Positions 14,289 through 26,651 of a DNA stretch of 64,000 nt are shown here, one piece after another (the stretch's first letter is position 1; every line of letters begins with the position of its first letter). The DNA lies in NCBI GenBank assembly GCA_964106645.2, contig OZ067041.1. The stretch is one strand, 5' to 3'. The notes beneath the pieces are model-generated. The model saw only the letters and a program-made list of their open reading frames with translations, was not told the origin of the DNA and searched no databases. Origin of the DNA: Podarcis pityusensis. Taxonomy: Eukaryota. A program made the position numbers and the translations under genes.

Positions 14289-14953
14289 GTGTTTATTAAG
14301 AATGCTTTATGTGACCATAGGTTGGTTTGTTGTTGTTTTGTTACGATTGGCCTATAGCAAATACTTGGCCGGCTGTTTCAAATCATGCAATTTTCTTCTG
14401 AAGCATTTGGCCATTGCCAATGTTTTCCTTCTCACACTCCTTCATTTGTTCTTTTCATTCCACCGGGTCACACCCTCTCCAGTACCAAACTTCATAGCTC
14501 TTGGTCTGCAGTCTCCGATTGCTTGGGAAAAAACCCTGGAGAGGAGAGGACTTAAAACGGCTGTGGGGAGGCAGGGACTTTCCATCTTGGCAACTGATCC
14601 ATGTAGCAAGACCTCCTGGGGGTGAGCTGCTGTACTCATTAGGCCTGACACTCCTGGACAGAAGGTGTTTTTGCTAATAAAGAGTTGACTCCAACTTGCA
14701 TGGTGTGATTTACTACCGGCAGCAGGGTGGGCAACTTGTGGTCATTGCTGATGGGCTGAAACTCATCAGCCCGTTTTCAGTAGGCTCTCCCACAGTTTGT
14801 TTCCAAAGATCAAAGTGGCAGCTGTGTGCGACCAAATCATACTAGAGAAAGAAAGGTACGTGTGTCAACCCCAATTAAAAATTCCCTGTCCACCAGTTTG
14901 ATCTGTGAAGGAACACATACTGGTTGCTCTATGGTTCTTGTATGTTCACCACA

Positions 14954-15191
14954 GATGATAATGAAGATGATGAAGAAGAGTTTGGATTTGATATCCCGCT
15001 TTATCACTACCCCAAGGAGTCTCAAAGCGGCTAACATTCTCCTTTCCCTTCCTCCCACACAACAAACACTCTGTGAGTGAGGCTGAGAGACTTCAAAGAA
15101 GTGTGACTAGCCCAAAGTCACCCAGCAGCTGCATGTGGAGGAGCGGAGACACGAACCCAGTCTACCGCTCTTAACCACTACACCACACTGG
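14954..15191 (-). mobile_element. tRNA-derived SINE (Squam3-like)
   Basis: Reverse complement of the 17723-17974 element, with (TTC)n-type tail. Confidence 0.85.
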
Positions 15192-17722
15192 GGAAAATAA
15201 CTTGTTGAAGAGGAGGCCATTTTAATTGGGAAAACAGCATAAAGAGAAAAGGGTTCCCTTGGTTCCCAGCATAGAGAGAAAAGGGCTCCCTTGGTATTAT
15301 GGCAGCTGTTGGATTTGGTGATCAAATCAGCTTCCATGGAATGCAAGATGATGTACATAGGGTTCCCAGGAAATCCTGCATCTGTGTACTGATGGGATTA
15401 AGACTTCCTTAGCTGAAGCAGAGTGTTTTCCTTGGGCTGTTTTTAAAAAAATAATTCAGAGATCCTAGCCATATATCTGACCTCCCATGTCACAGCTACT
15501 TTGACCTAAAGTCTCTCAATTCTCAGCTGGCAGTACACAACCCGAGTGTTTACAAAGACACTAAGTGTGTGCTTACTCATAATTGTTCTTTCTTATAAGT
15601 TAATGTTGTTATGCTGCATATTATCTATCTATCTATCATCTATCTATCCAACTATCAAGTACTTAGCTATCTCATTAATGGCTGTGTTTTAGCCTGTATT
15701 TTCATCTTGTGAACCGCCCTGACATCTTCGGATAAAGGGCAGTATATAAACATGATAATAATAATAAATAGATATCCTCAACCCATCTTGTCTGGATGCT
15801 CTGCAGCTGGGCTCTCACATCAACTTTCACTCCTTGTGGCTGCTGATCAAATACTCCTTCAAGGTTGATTTAAGTTCCTTGGGAAATCACTAATTTGATT
15901 TCACCATTCTTTCTTATAATGGCTTCTATCTTCTCCTGGTGAAATTGTCTGATTGCTGTTAGCTCTGTTTACTTTATCTTGGCATGTGCACCGGATCCGT
16001 TTTCCACTCCAGTGAGACTTCAGCTAAAGTCGGCTACTCCTCACTTCTCTAAAAGATGAAGTGTGCTGGAGTAGTCACTACCTGGATAGATAGGGTGGGT
16101 GGGTGGGTGGGTGAGAGAGAGGGGGGGGGAGAATGAGAGAGCACATTCAGTGTAATATCAGCTTTACTGTATTTACAAATACACAGTGGAACCTAACGGA
16201 AGCAAGAACTACAGCAAAACTCCTAATATGGCATCAGTTTCCCAAAGCAACAGTCTAGATCTGCACACATGTCACACGTACGTGAGCTGCTTCCACCCAG
16301 CTAAATTTAGAGCTCAAAATTATTCAAACTCTGCTTCTGTCCAGTTTCAAAACTGCAATGGAAGTTCCTCTGCCCCCCTAGAGAGTTTCACATGCCAAGG
16401 GGGGGGGGGGGCGGGCGTGACATTTTCATCAAGGGCCATTCAAGGTGAGAGGCCCAATTATATTAATCAAGACAGTCAAATTCATGCCACTATGTTCCCT
16501 TTATTACATTCTTTGTTTTCTTATCAGGCTTACCAATTTGTAGATGGGAGCCTTCAGAGCTATTGTTCTTGCATACAGAGTTTCTGATGGCTTAAATTCC
16601 TCCACATAGAGGAAGTTAACCTGTGAGCTAGTGTAGCCACATGGTCCAGCCATATTCCAGTTTCGAAGAACTACAGCCTGTCAATGTGGTTGCACCAAGG
16701 TGCCTCTTAATGGAGTTTGCAAACTAGGCATTCAAATGCTATCATTCAAAGGCCAGACAATGAAAACTCTAGTGAGAAGTTTGCATAAGCAACCTTAAAT
16801 TTTTTAATCTGTTGCAAAAGATTGTGAAATGAAGAAAGTATTATAACTCCTAACATAATTTCAAGGGTTGTTTTGTTGTAGTCATGCAAGCAAAGAAGTT
16901 GTTCCTAACTCTGCACCCCCACCTAGTGGAAATAAAAGGGAAACCATGCTCCATCCAGTTTTCATCCTAATTCCGGTACTATAGTATATTTTAGCAGTGT
17001 TTTTCAAAGCTTTTTCTCTGGGCCACACTTTCAGAATAAAAGTTTGCTTGTGGTACACTGAATATTTTATTGATGAGAAATACATTGTAAAACACAACTA
17101 GGATTGTCCTCAGTATCACCTGAGGCTCTTGCTCTCATTTTGAAAAGATATCTGTGCATATTTTGCAAACAAACAAACAAACATTTTGATTACTATACTA
17201 TACTACACTGAAATGTTTACATGTCTCTTTGATTGTCCTTGAATCTTCCTGCCACACCCTTTCAGAACCACTGTTTTAAAGTATTCCCCCATTCCCCCAT
17301 TCCCAGAACAAATGTGCCTTAAGCAATTTTATATTTAGCAGGATATTTCTGCTTCTGCTGTTCTAGTGACAGCAAGCCTCCATAGTCTTAGAGCCAGGGT
17401 AACAGTGCTGCTTTCTGCAACTTCCCCACTACAAATTATTTTTTAGCATTTCTCTGGTTTTTAACTCTCAGTTCTTTTTGTTTCATTGCAATACGGTGAT
17501 TTCATTGGATATATATTTGTATTTGTTCTTAATCTATTTCTAAGCTATCTTCAAACGGTGGGGGAGGGGCTTGGTCAAGTAGCCCACATATTCACATCCT
17601 GCACAGCCCCATCCTGGATCCAGCAACGGGATCTGTAGAGGAGATACCACAGCATTTCTAGCCTGCAGAATGGCATGCTCAGAGGGCAAGTGAAAACATA
17701 TGGCAGGAAAGACATACTCTAT

Positions 17723-17974
17723 GAGCCAGTGTGGTGTGTGGTTAAGAGCGGTAGACTCGTAATCTGGGGAACCGGGTTCGCGTCTCCGCTCCTCCACATG
17801 CAGCTGCTGGGTGACCTTGGGCTAGTCACACTTCTCTGAAGTCTCTCAGCCCCACTCACCTCACAGAGTGTTTGTTGTGGGGGAGGAAGGGAAAGGAGAA
17901 TGTTAGCCGCTTTGAGACACCTTCGGGTAGCGATAAAGCGGGATATCAAATCCAAACTCTTCTTCTTCTTCTTC
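17723..17974 (+). mobile_element. tRNA-derived SINE (Squam3-like), full length
   Basis: gagccagtgtggtgtgtggttaagagcgg (A box), gggttcgcgtc (B box), L2-like 3' end, (TTC)n tail. Confidence 0.88.
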
Positions 17975-19274
17975 TATGGTAAAGCGGTGTCGAGGTTAAG
18001 GATAAAACACATATTCATAACGGACACTCTAGCAAAAGAATCTAAACATTAGTGTGTATATTACGACACGTGAGTGCTGGACATGCATGTGAGTTCAAAC
18101 ACGTGTGCGTGGTGATGTTTTGGCTATACAAGCAACGTCATTCACAGCCTGAGCATCAGAAATAGATTGAATGATAACTGAACAAAACCTTAAGTCAAAG
18201 TGAGGTGATGGAAACAAAACCTGCTTGGATGCTAGATGAAAGAGGATCCACGATGACAATTACCTAATTATATATGCTTCTCAGAGCAAACTTAGAAGGG
18301 AATCACACACTTTATAAACAAAACACACTGTATGAAAGAGAGCTTTAATTAAAAATAAAAGGGATGTCTGCACCTCCAATAAATATATTTGCAACCTGGT
18401 GGGAACCGTAACGGAAAAGAAGAGAAATTTGTTGAAGGAATTATTTTGAAATTGACTTCTGTGAGAGCAAAAGCTGTGAGAGCCCGGGGTCTGTGTGGAA
18501 TACATTTCCTGGCTGTTTCCTAGAGCTGAGGTTTTGAAGCATCTATATGCCAATGAATTTGGAAGGGGAACCAGGGATATTTCCTTGGCTCCCTCTGCCC
18601 TTGCAGTGCCTCCTTTTTCAGTTAAAGCTCAGAAATGGTGCATAAGGTGAATCCATGCCTGCCGCCTTTCAGGTCTGAGGTTCAAGGCCCACTCTGGTTC
18701 TGTTCCTGACACTGTCTTCATATACTGAACGGAACTTTTGGCTTGGTGAGCATCCCTTAGCGCCTCCTCAGTCCCTGGAGACTTTGCTCATTTTGGAACT
18801 AAAGGGTGGGTCAGCCAGGTTTGGTAACTAAAATAAATAACCTGCAATTTGTTGCTCTTGAATGGTACCCAAGTTTGCTCAAAGTGGCTCCTTAGACGGT
18901 CCCTATGCACTGGCCTACAGGCTAATATAATGAGCTTTTGTGGCTAGTGCCATTATATAGCTCAATCACTAAGTGGTGCTGGACTTTTTTGTATCTAGGT
19001 GGAGTTAGGTGCTTTCCTCGTTCAAGAGAGACAATAAATGCATTGACTAGCTTTCCTGTTTGTTGTGTTCTTCTAAGTTTTCCATGAAGATGCTCCTGAC
19101 CACCTGCCCCTTGCCAGGAGATGGTCTGTTCCACTCTCCATCCGTTGTAAAAACCGACTCAGGGTCAAAATCACAGTATGTGTGTGTGGCATTTCCAGGC
19201 CTCATTCCCTCATGGACAGGCTTTTTGGGGGTTGGGCTGCTTACCAGTGGGTGGGTGGAGTAAGATGCAAAAGT

Positions 19275-19450
19275 GGGGAAGGGGTGCAGCTCAGTGGTGG
19301 AGCATCTGTTTTCCAAGCAGAGGAGGTCCCAAGTTCAAAACCTGGCATCTTGAGGGAGGGTTGGGAGAGACAGCCTGAAACCCTGGAGTACTGCTGCCAG
19401 TCAGGTGGACCAGCGGTCTTGTTTGGTTTAAGGCAGCTTCCTATGTTCCT
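19275..19450 (+). mobile_element. Degenerate tRNA-derived SINE (Squam2-like)
   Basis: agctcagtggtggagc A box, agttcaaaacc B box, aaggcagcttcctatgttcct tail. Confidence 0.7.
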
Positions 19451-19623
19451 GTGCAACTGTTAACCTAGGTTTCTACATGCTCCTTTCTCCAGCTCATGAA
19501 ATATGATCGTCCAAGGACACATTCCTGCCGGACGAAAGCATTTGAGAAGTGCACGCAGTAAGGTCAGGGAAGGATGTGGGGCTGGGCAAGAAGGGGACCT
19601 AGGAAGAGTCCAAAGTACAACTA

Positions 19624-19911
19624 GAGAAAGGTTGTTTTCTGCTGCTCCAGAGAAGCGGACACGGAGCAATGGATCCAAACTACAAGAAAGAAGATTCCAC
19701 CTAAACATTAGGAAGAACTTCCTGACAGTAAGAGCTGTTCGACAGTGGAATTTGCTGCCAAGGAGTGTGGTGGAGTCTCCTTCTTTGGAGGTCTTTAAGC
19801 AGAGGCTTGACAACCATATGTCAGGAGTGCTCTGATGGTGTTTCCTGCTTGGCAGGGGGTTGGACTCGATGGCCCTTGTGGTCTCTCCCAACTCTATGAT
19901 TCTATGATTCT
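19624..19911 (+). mobile_element. CR1 LINE, 5'-truncated 3' end
   Basis: ORF2 C-terminus RTRSNGSKLQERRFHLNIRKNFLTVRAVRQWNLLPRSVVESPSLEVFKQRLD, followed by (ATTCTATG)n tail. Confidence 0.93.
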
Positions 19912-20084
19912 AGAAAATCCTGGAGGTTCCCCATTCCCTTGCATTTGGAAGACACGTTTAGGTTCTGCGAGGGGGGAAATTATTGTATGATAGGAAATGA
20001 GCTTATGAAAATATTATGGTTTACTTGGAAATGTCAGCATCAGCTAGGCAACCCTTGGCATGCCCTCCAACATTTCTACGATTA

Positions 20085-20230
20085 ATAATAATAATATTTA
20101 TACCCTGCCCATCTGACTGGAATGCCCCAACCACTCTGGGCAGCTTCCAACATATATAAAAAACAGAACAAAACATTAAAGAAACTTCACCATACAGGGC
20201 TCTCTCCAGATGTCTTCCTAAGGTTGTTTA
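20085..20230 (-). mobile_element. L2 LINE 3' fragment
   Basis: (taa)n tail then tttataccctgcccatctgactgg..., reverse complement of the L2 3' end at 48680-48770. Confidence 0.7.
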
Positions 20231-20711
20231 TTTCTCTCCTTGGCTTGGGGCTGGGGGTCGCATAACTCCTTACCTTCCAATGTTTCTCTGATGAAAATAG
20301 GGATGTCCTAAGGAAAAACGGGACATTCTGGGATCAATCAGAAACCGGGACGGCTTGCATAAATCCAGTACTGTCCCTGTAAAATAGGGAAACGTGGAGA
20401 GCTTGCCTTTGCCAGAGCGCAGGTCATTGTCTACCATTAAATGGTGGAAATGGGGACGCAACTCTGGACATTTGCTAAATGTGCCACTGGCCACTTCCAC
20501 ATACCAGCCCCTTTTTTGGGTTGGGGGTGTCTTTGGTAGCCCGAGGAAGCCCCACAAAGCATGGCAAAGGTAGGTGGTGTTGCTAGGATACCCAAGAGTA
20601 GAAAATAATGTCCCTCCAGCCAGGAAGTAGAACAAAAAGACTGACTGCAGTCAGAATCCTCTGCTTGTCTACGCACTGAGTTCAATGCAGGTTACTCCCA
20701 GGTAAGTGTGA

Positions 20712-20937
20712 CAGTGGTACCTCGGGTTAAGAACTTAATTCGTTCTGGAGGTCTGTTCTTAACCTGAAACTGTTCTTAACCTGAGGTACCACTTTAGCTA
20801 ATGGGGCTTCCTGCTGCCGCCATGCCGGCACCACACGATTTCTGTTCTCATCCTGAAGGAAAGTTCTTAACCCGAGGTATTATTTCTGGGTTAGCGGAGT
20901 CTGTTACCTGAAGCGTCTGTAACCCGAGGTACCACTG
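20712..20937. mobile_element. Tc1/mariner (Tigger-like) MITE
   Basis: TIR cagtggtacctcgggtta ... taacccgaggtaccactg|TA. Confidence 0.88.
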
Positions 20938-21192
20938 TATATCACAAAACCAGAAAGAAATGTGGTTAAAAATACTGTACATGTTTTTCAAAACAAACAG
21001 TTTGGGGGAAATCATTTAAATTTTAATGTAAGCACATTTACTAAATGCCATGAAATTGGACATGAGTCAGTAAATAGTATTTTAGAAAATATCTGCTTAA
21101 TTAAATCTTCAATCCTACCTCTCAGTACAGTGGAGTGGGGAGATCATATTGCACTAATATAGTCCCTCTGGAGGAAATACATTACTATAGAG

Positions 21193-21440
21193 CAGGGGTC
21201 AGCAAACTTTTTCATCAGGGGGCCGGTCCACTGTCCCTCAGACCTTGTGGGGGGCCGGACTTTTTTTGGGGGGGGAATGAACGAATTCCTATGCCCCACA
21301 AATAACCAAGAGATGCTTTTTAAATAAAAGGACACATTCTACTCATGTAAAAACACGCTGATTCCCGGACCATCCGCGGGCCAGATTGAGAAGGCGATTG
21401 GGCCAGATCTGGCCCCTGGGCCTTAGTTTGCCTACCCATG
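21193..21440. mobile_element. hAT non-autonomous DNA transposon
   Basis: TIR caggggtcagcaaac ... gtttgcctacccatg; perfect 8-bp TSD ctatagag. Confidence 0.88.
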
Positions 21441-21855
21441 CTATAGAGACCCTAGCCCAATTTTTTTAACGACAGTACACTTTTTACTCAATGTGTATTT
21501 CAACAATTTGAGCAACTGCATGCTTGATTTAAGGCTAACACGTTGAGAAACATGTGGATATTAAAATATATTTGATGCCTCATTTGGCAGAAGAAATAGC
21601 ACTTCTTGTGCAGTGACCAAGCTGATTTTTTTCTTGCACACTGCCAACAAAAGTAAATTACGATAATAATAATAATAATTATCATACTTGATCATAACTG
21701 AAATTATAGCCGTCATAGGAAAATGAAGAAAAAGCAATGCAAATGAATTTGCATGGAAGATAAACGCAGCAACAAAGTCACAACAGTTGCAAGTCAACAC
21801 AAAGAAGTGAGGGCACAACTTTAATTTCGAAGCAGTGTTGAAAAAATAGTGCTTG

Positions 21856-22245
21856 GTTTTACAACCCCACCACATATGGTACATTGTTCCTTCCATTTGC
21901 TTACACCTCCAGCATGCATTTGAGTTTGTTTTATATATTTTGGCCAATTTGCTGGGGGTCATGTACCATCAATATAGTATTTTCATTAAAAAAAATCCTT
22001 TATTGTGTAGCAAGCCGTGAATTTTAAGGTTTTTTTGCCATAATTTCCCCCAATCATCCATCTGGATGGAATAACCAAAGTTCTTTGACCATTTGATCAT
22101 CACTTCTTTGACCTCTTCATCCTTAACCTCCCAGTCCAGCAGTAATATGTACATTTTGGATAGTATTTTATTTTTATTTTGAAGTAAATCTTTTTCCAAC
22201 TTTGATATTTCTGTCTCAAACCCATGTTCCATACCCTATCACACA
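21856..22245 (-). mobile_element. L1-clade LINE ORF2 fragment (zinc-knuckle region)
   Basis: Frameshifted translation KMYILLLDW...W...TPSKLAKIYKTNSNACWRCKQMEGTMYHMWWGC (CCHC motif). Confidence 0.85.
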
Positions 22246-25200
22246 TTGTATTTCACTCCTAGTACCACATGCTGTCTTCAACATTAAGCTGCCTATTCAA
22301 TGTAATAATTTAGGGCTGCCTAATGTCTGGGTTTTCCTGGAAATTGTGTTAAAAATGACGTCCGGGCAGATTTTTGCCGAATTGGTAAAAATGTCCGGGA
22401 AGACCCAGATGTATGGCATGTAGGGCAATTCTTTCAAAAATGCTTTTTGAAAATCCCCCAAAGCTTACATTTTTGGGGGAGGAGATGTTTTGCAAACACC
22501 TGTCAGCTGAACTTAACTGAAAGGCTTACTCTTAAGATTTTATTCTTCCTAAAGATGCAGCAACAGATATCAGCATGGGGTGAAAATGGGTGCACAGTAT
22601 TGCTGCAGAATTGAAGTGGCTTTAGAAATTGGTTTGGGAAAGTGAAAATTGAGTTTAGTAATGAAATAGGGTAGGGAGGGGAAACTCTAGGGAATTAATG
22701 TGGGGCCAATTGCAGGTGGCTGGGGTTCAGCCCCAAGCAGTTTACCAACAATTTACTAATTCAAGTGCCTTCCACAATATCACATCACCAACAGTTTAAT
22801 CACCAACAGTTTTCATATCCCCTTAACATTTTCCTGCAGTTTTAAGTTGTTTGCCTTTTATCATTTACGTTTTCTGCTGCCTTGACATTTCAGTGGGCAA
22901 TTACTTGGCGTCTCTTAAGAAGAGAAATAGAACTTCAAGCATGACAGTGTTTGATAAATTGCTGAGCGCCTATGCCTAACACTCTCAAAGAAAGGCATGA
23001 CAGTTTTAAAATTAACTTTGAACCAAATTTCTAAGCTACCCAATGGAAGTCAGATTGCAAGTCAGATTGTCTGATTTTGTTTATGGAGCCATGCAGTCTG
23101 CCTAGAGATTGAATTCTTCCATGCGTTATGAAGGTTGATCACCAATGACAAGACTGTGGCCCAGGTGACTACAAAATCCATTTTGAAATGTGCGCAACTT
23201 TCTCTTTCCCTTTATTTTTATATTTTTAAGGAAATATTGCCATTTAATGCCATAGGTGTATCTGTTCAGAAATAGCATGCCCATGTCCCAATCTTTGGAA
23301 CAAGTGTGCTAAGCCTAGTATGGCTTTAGTTTCCTCTAGTGATCATTGTGCTTTAGCAGGTAACTTCCCGAGAGAAGTGGAGAGACAGGGGAGGAAAGAG
23401 GCATGGGGGTGGGGGCCAACAATAACTTCCTCTTTTTTTGGTAATATATGAGCCATGCTTTTGCTTCAACATTGTGTGGGTAGGTATCTTGATTTTGTTG
23501 GCAGAGCAAGAGATTGAGAGGGCCGAGGGCATGGCTGGTTGCAACTGATTGGTTGCATTGTGTTTTCTTTGGGGCAGGGGCTGCTGCTAGGTTACGTTAA
23601 CCAAATTTAGTTGATGTTGTCTGCTGGGGGGGTTATTGCATTTGTTCCACACACAAAAAAACTACTAGGGAAAGTGGATGAGAAGATATGCAGCAATCTC
23701 TAGGCAAGGAGAGTTGCTTAAATCAGAACAGCAATATCTTCCCCAATGAAAAGTAGGAAAGATGGCAGCATATATTTTAATTTTTTTATTGGCAGATCCC
23801 GCAGACTTCTATTTTAAGTGTATTTTTCACAGCTGTTGTTACGCTGCTACTAGATCTTTCAACTCAACAGGGACCTCTTCTGAGGTTTCAAGTGGGAAAT
23901 ATATGAGCAGACCCTCAGATCTTTTCCAGTCTGTTAATTTCCCAGAGGTATGAAGTGTCATGTAAAAGTATCAGCTCAGCTCTGCCATATTTTTGGGGAG
24001 CACCCCTTGGCATATAAACCAGCGTGAAGTAACTATGAAGTTCATACATCAGTTTAATTTCCTAGATGATATTTGCATAGCAGTCATGTTATTTTAGCAC
24101 TCTATACACCCAAACAGCATTGTGAGATAAGACTTCGTGGACACTGTACATGATAACCCTGGTGAAGATCACTCCAAGCTCCATTACAGTCACACTTACC
24201 GTATCCAGAAGGCACAAATCTTGTATCAGTTTCTACTCCCAAAGTCTCAAAACAGGTATTACTGAAACTAGTGTTTAACTTCAGCAGATATGAAACTGAG
24301 CTACTGGCTGCAGATTGAAGCTACAGTGAGTGGCGACTTAACCCGTGACTCTTTTAACAGAATTAAAAGAAGCCATAAATGGTACAGAGGCATAATTTTT
24401 GTTACAAATTTTAACTATACATAGAATAAACAAAGAAACTGATCTTCCTCAGTTCCACACCCTGACTGTAATAGAGCCTTGACATGGTGGTGACAGTTAT
24501 ACTGCACTTTTTGGCAATTACAGGTTGTTTTGGATGAGGAAAAGGACGGACTGCATTCTGGCCAATACAATTGGGCCAGGAGGGATTGAGAAGAGATGGG
24601 TAAAGGCGCTGTGAATGGGTAATCAAAGTGGTAGTTGTTAGGCACGTGGGAAAGAGAAATGCAGCAGTAGCAGCAGAGTGTGTGCACAACTCCTACAATG
24701 AAAAGCGTTGGAGTAGAAAAATATATTGACCCCGTAAGGGATCGAATTGTGGCAACCACTAGCACAACGCCACTAGTGGGAGCCCTGTCCTTAATGTGGT
24801 GCAACAGTCAAATCCAACAGGCTGCTTGGGCTGGTAGAAGCATTGTGCAGTGTTAATATACGACATTTTTGCATTGTCACACCACTATCACTTGTGCAAC
24901 AAGATTAGCTTGTGCAGTGCCAGCTCTCTCACCTTTTGCACAAATGTTGCTTTGGATCTTTACGAACCTGCGTGTCACGTACCTGGAATTAATTTCCTAG
25001 GTCAGTTTTATATCGAATTCCATCCAGGCTAGTGATCTTCTTTCTGTGATAGCTTGTTTTGGTTTCCACGCTGGTCATGGATGATGTGAAATTCTGTCTT
25101 TTCCAGCCGCCATGGAAATACAGTGGACTAACCAAGAGGTGGGGACTGATTGCTCTGCTCCTCCTCTTGCCAGCTAACTTTGTGTTTCCATGTTGACTGC

Positions 25201-25505
25201 AAAAGAAAGGCAAACCCCATCTTTTGCAACCAGCACAGAAAGCTAATGTGCTGGCGAAAGTGATCCATCCCTCCTCTGCCAGCCTGCTTGGTAGAAGGTA
25301 TTCCCCCTCCCCAAGCCTCTTAGCAGACTTGTTAAAAAATGTTCATGATAATAACTATTCTTGCGTACAAGGCTGTTCTAAGCCCTGTCTGTAAATAAAA
25401 AGATAAGACAGTCCCTCCCCTGGAGGCTCACAATTGAGCAGACACAACACAAGAAACGGGGAGGAAAACGGAAAGCAAGTGAACAAGCCTATCCAACTTG
25501 TTTAA

Positions 25506-25511
25506 TTTATT
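25506..25511 (-). terminator. Probable ING1 poly(A) signal
   Basis: AATAAA on the minus strand at the end of an AT-rich, TGTA-rich 3'UTR. Confidence 0.6.
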
Positions 25512-26651
25512 CCTTAATATCACAGCTGTACAATTTTCATACATACAGAGAGAAATGCATATTGGCTACACCATGTCATGTGGATGCATTTCCAATTATA
25601 ATACAGTTAAGTGCAACTCCACTTGAAAAATGTACATTTTTTACAACTTATACAAAGTAAAGACTGCTACACTATTATCTGTGACAGTATAAAGCTTTGA
25701 TTTATGTTAAGTTTCATTACTAAATCACTTCCTGGTTAAATACAAAATATACTAAATCATTTTAAAAAGGCCCTTGTGGTATTTGGCCAGTATATAAAAT
25801 ATGTTGTGTAAAATTTAACCTTTTGCACATTTTTTTAAAAAATAAGCTTGTAACTTGTAAGTTAAACATTTGTTATTGAGCTGCTAGAGTCTGACATGTA
25901 ACAGGACCCATGCTGTAACTTCTTCTTTGCTATTGCATTGATCGTCACCAGAAGAAATGAGCACCCTGATCCTAAACACATCCCTTAGAAGCAAGTCCCA
26001 TTGAACGTAATGGTCCTCCATTCCCAGCAAGTTGTTTAAAACTGGGTGTAAGGCTGCAATCCTAAACCACTTTATTAGAAGTAGCTAGGACTGTAAAAAA
26101 TCGGAACTTATTTCCAAGTAAACAGCCATAATCCAACTCAAGAGTTAAGTGCACTTAAGCCCAGTGAAATCAATGGGCATAAATATACTACACTCTTATA
26201 ATGGATTTGATTGATGTGTTTAGGACAAGTTTGCAATGCACTGCTAGTTTATTTAACAGACTATAGAACAATTTTCTGGAAAGAGCAACGGCATTCCCAT
26301 TTAAAGAAAAAAAAAAAGGAATGCTATCCAATAAATGTTTACTATCTACATTTTCATGGGCAGTTTTACCAACTTGTGGAAGTATGTTTTTAATAAAGAT
26401 GAACCCAGACTTTACGTGCCAACTCTTTATCATCTAACTGTATGTTTGGGCCCAAAGAACCGTTTTCTTGTTGACAGCTGTATCAAAGGAAAAAACAAAC
26501 ATTTCCTCAGTCGCCATCCCTATGACAAGAATGCTTTGATTCGTAACCTCCTTAAAAAATATACATTTTACAATCCTGGCACCTCCACAAAAGGTGAGAC
26601 AAAGAGAATAAATATTTGTTTTCACTGCTTTATTATCCTCTCATTTAGAAA

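Noticed and set aside
16140-16422. Possible solo LTR on the minus strand (TGTCACG start, AGTAAA signal) and the overlapping 133-aa ORF
   Set aside because: No matching opposite terminus or TSD found; the ORF has no recognisable homology.
24411-24804. 129-aa and 92-aa minus-strand ORFs downstream of ING1
   Set aside because: Overlapping frames with no domain and no consistent splice boundaries.
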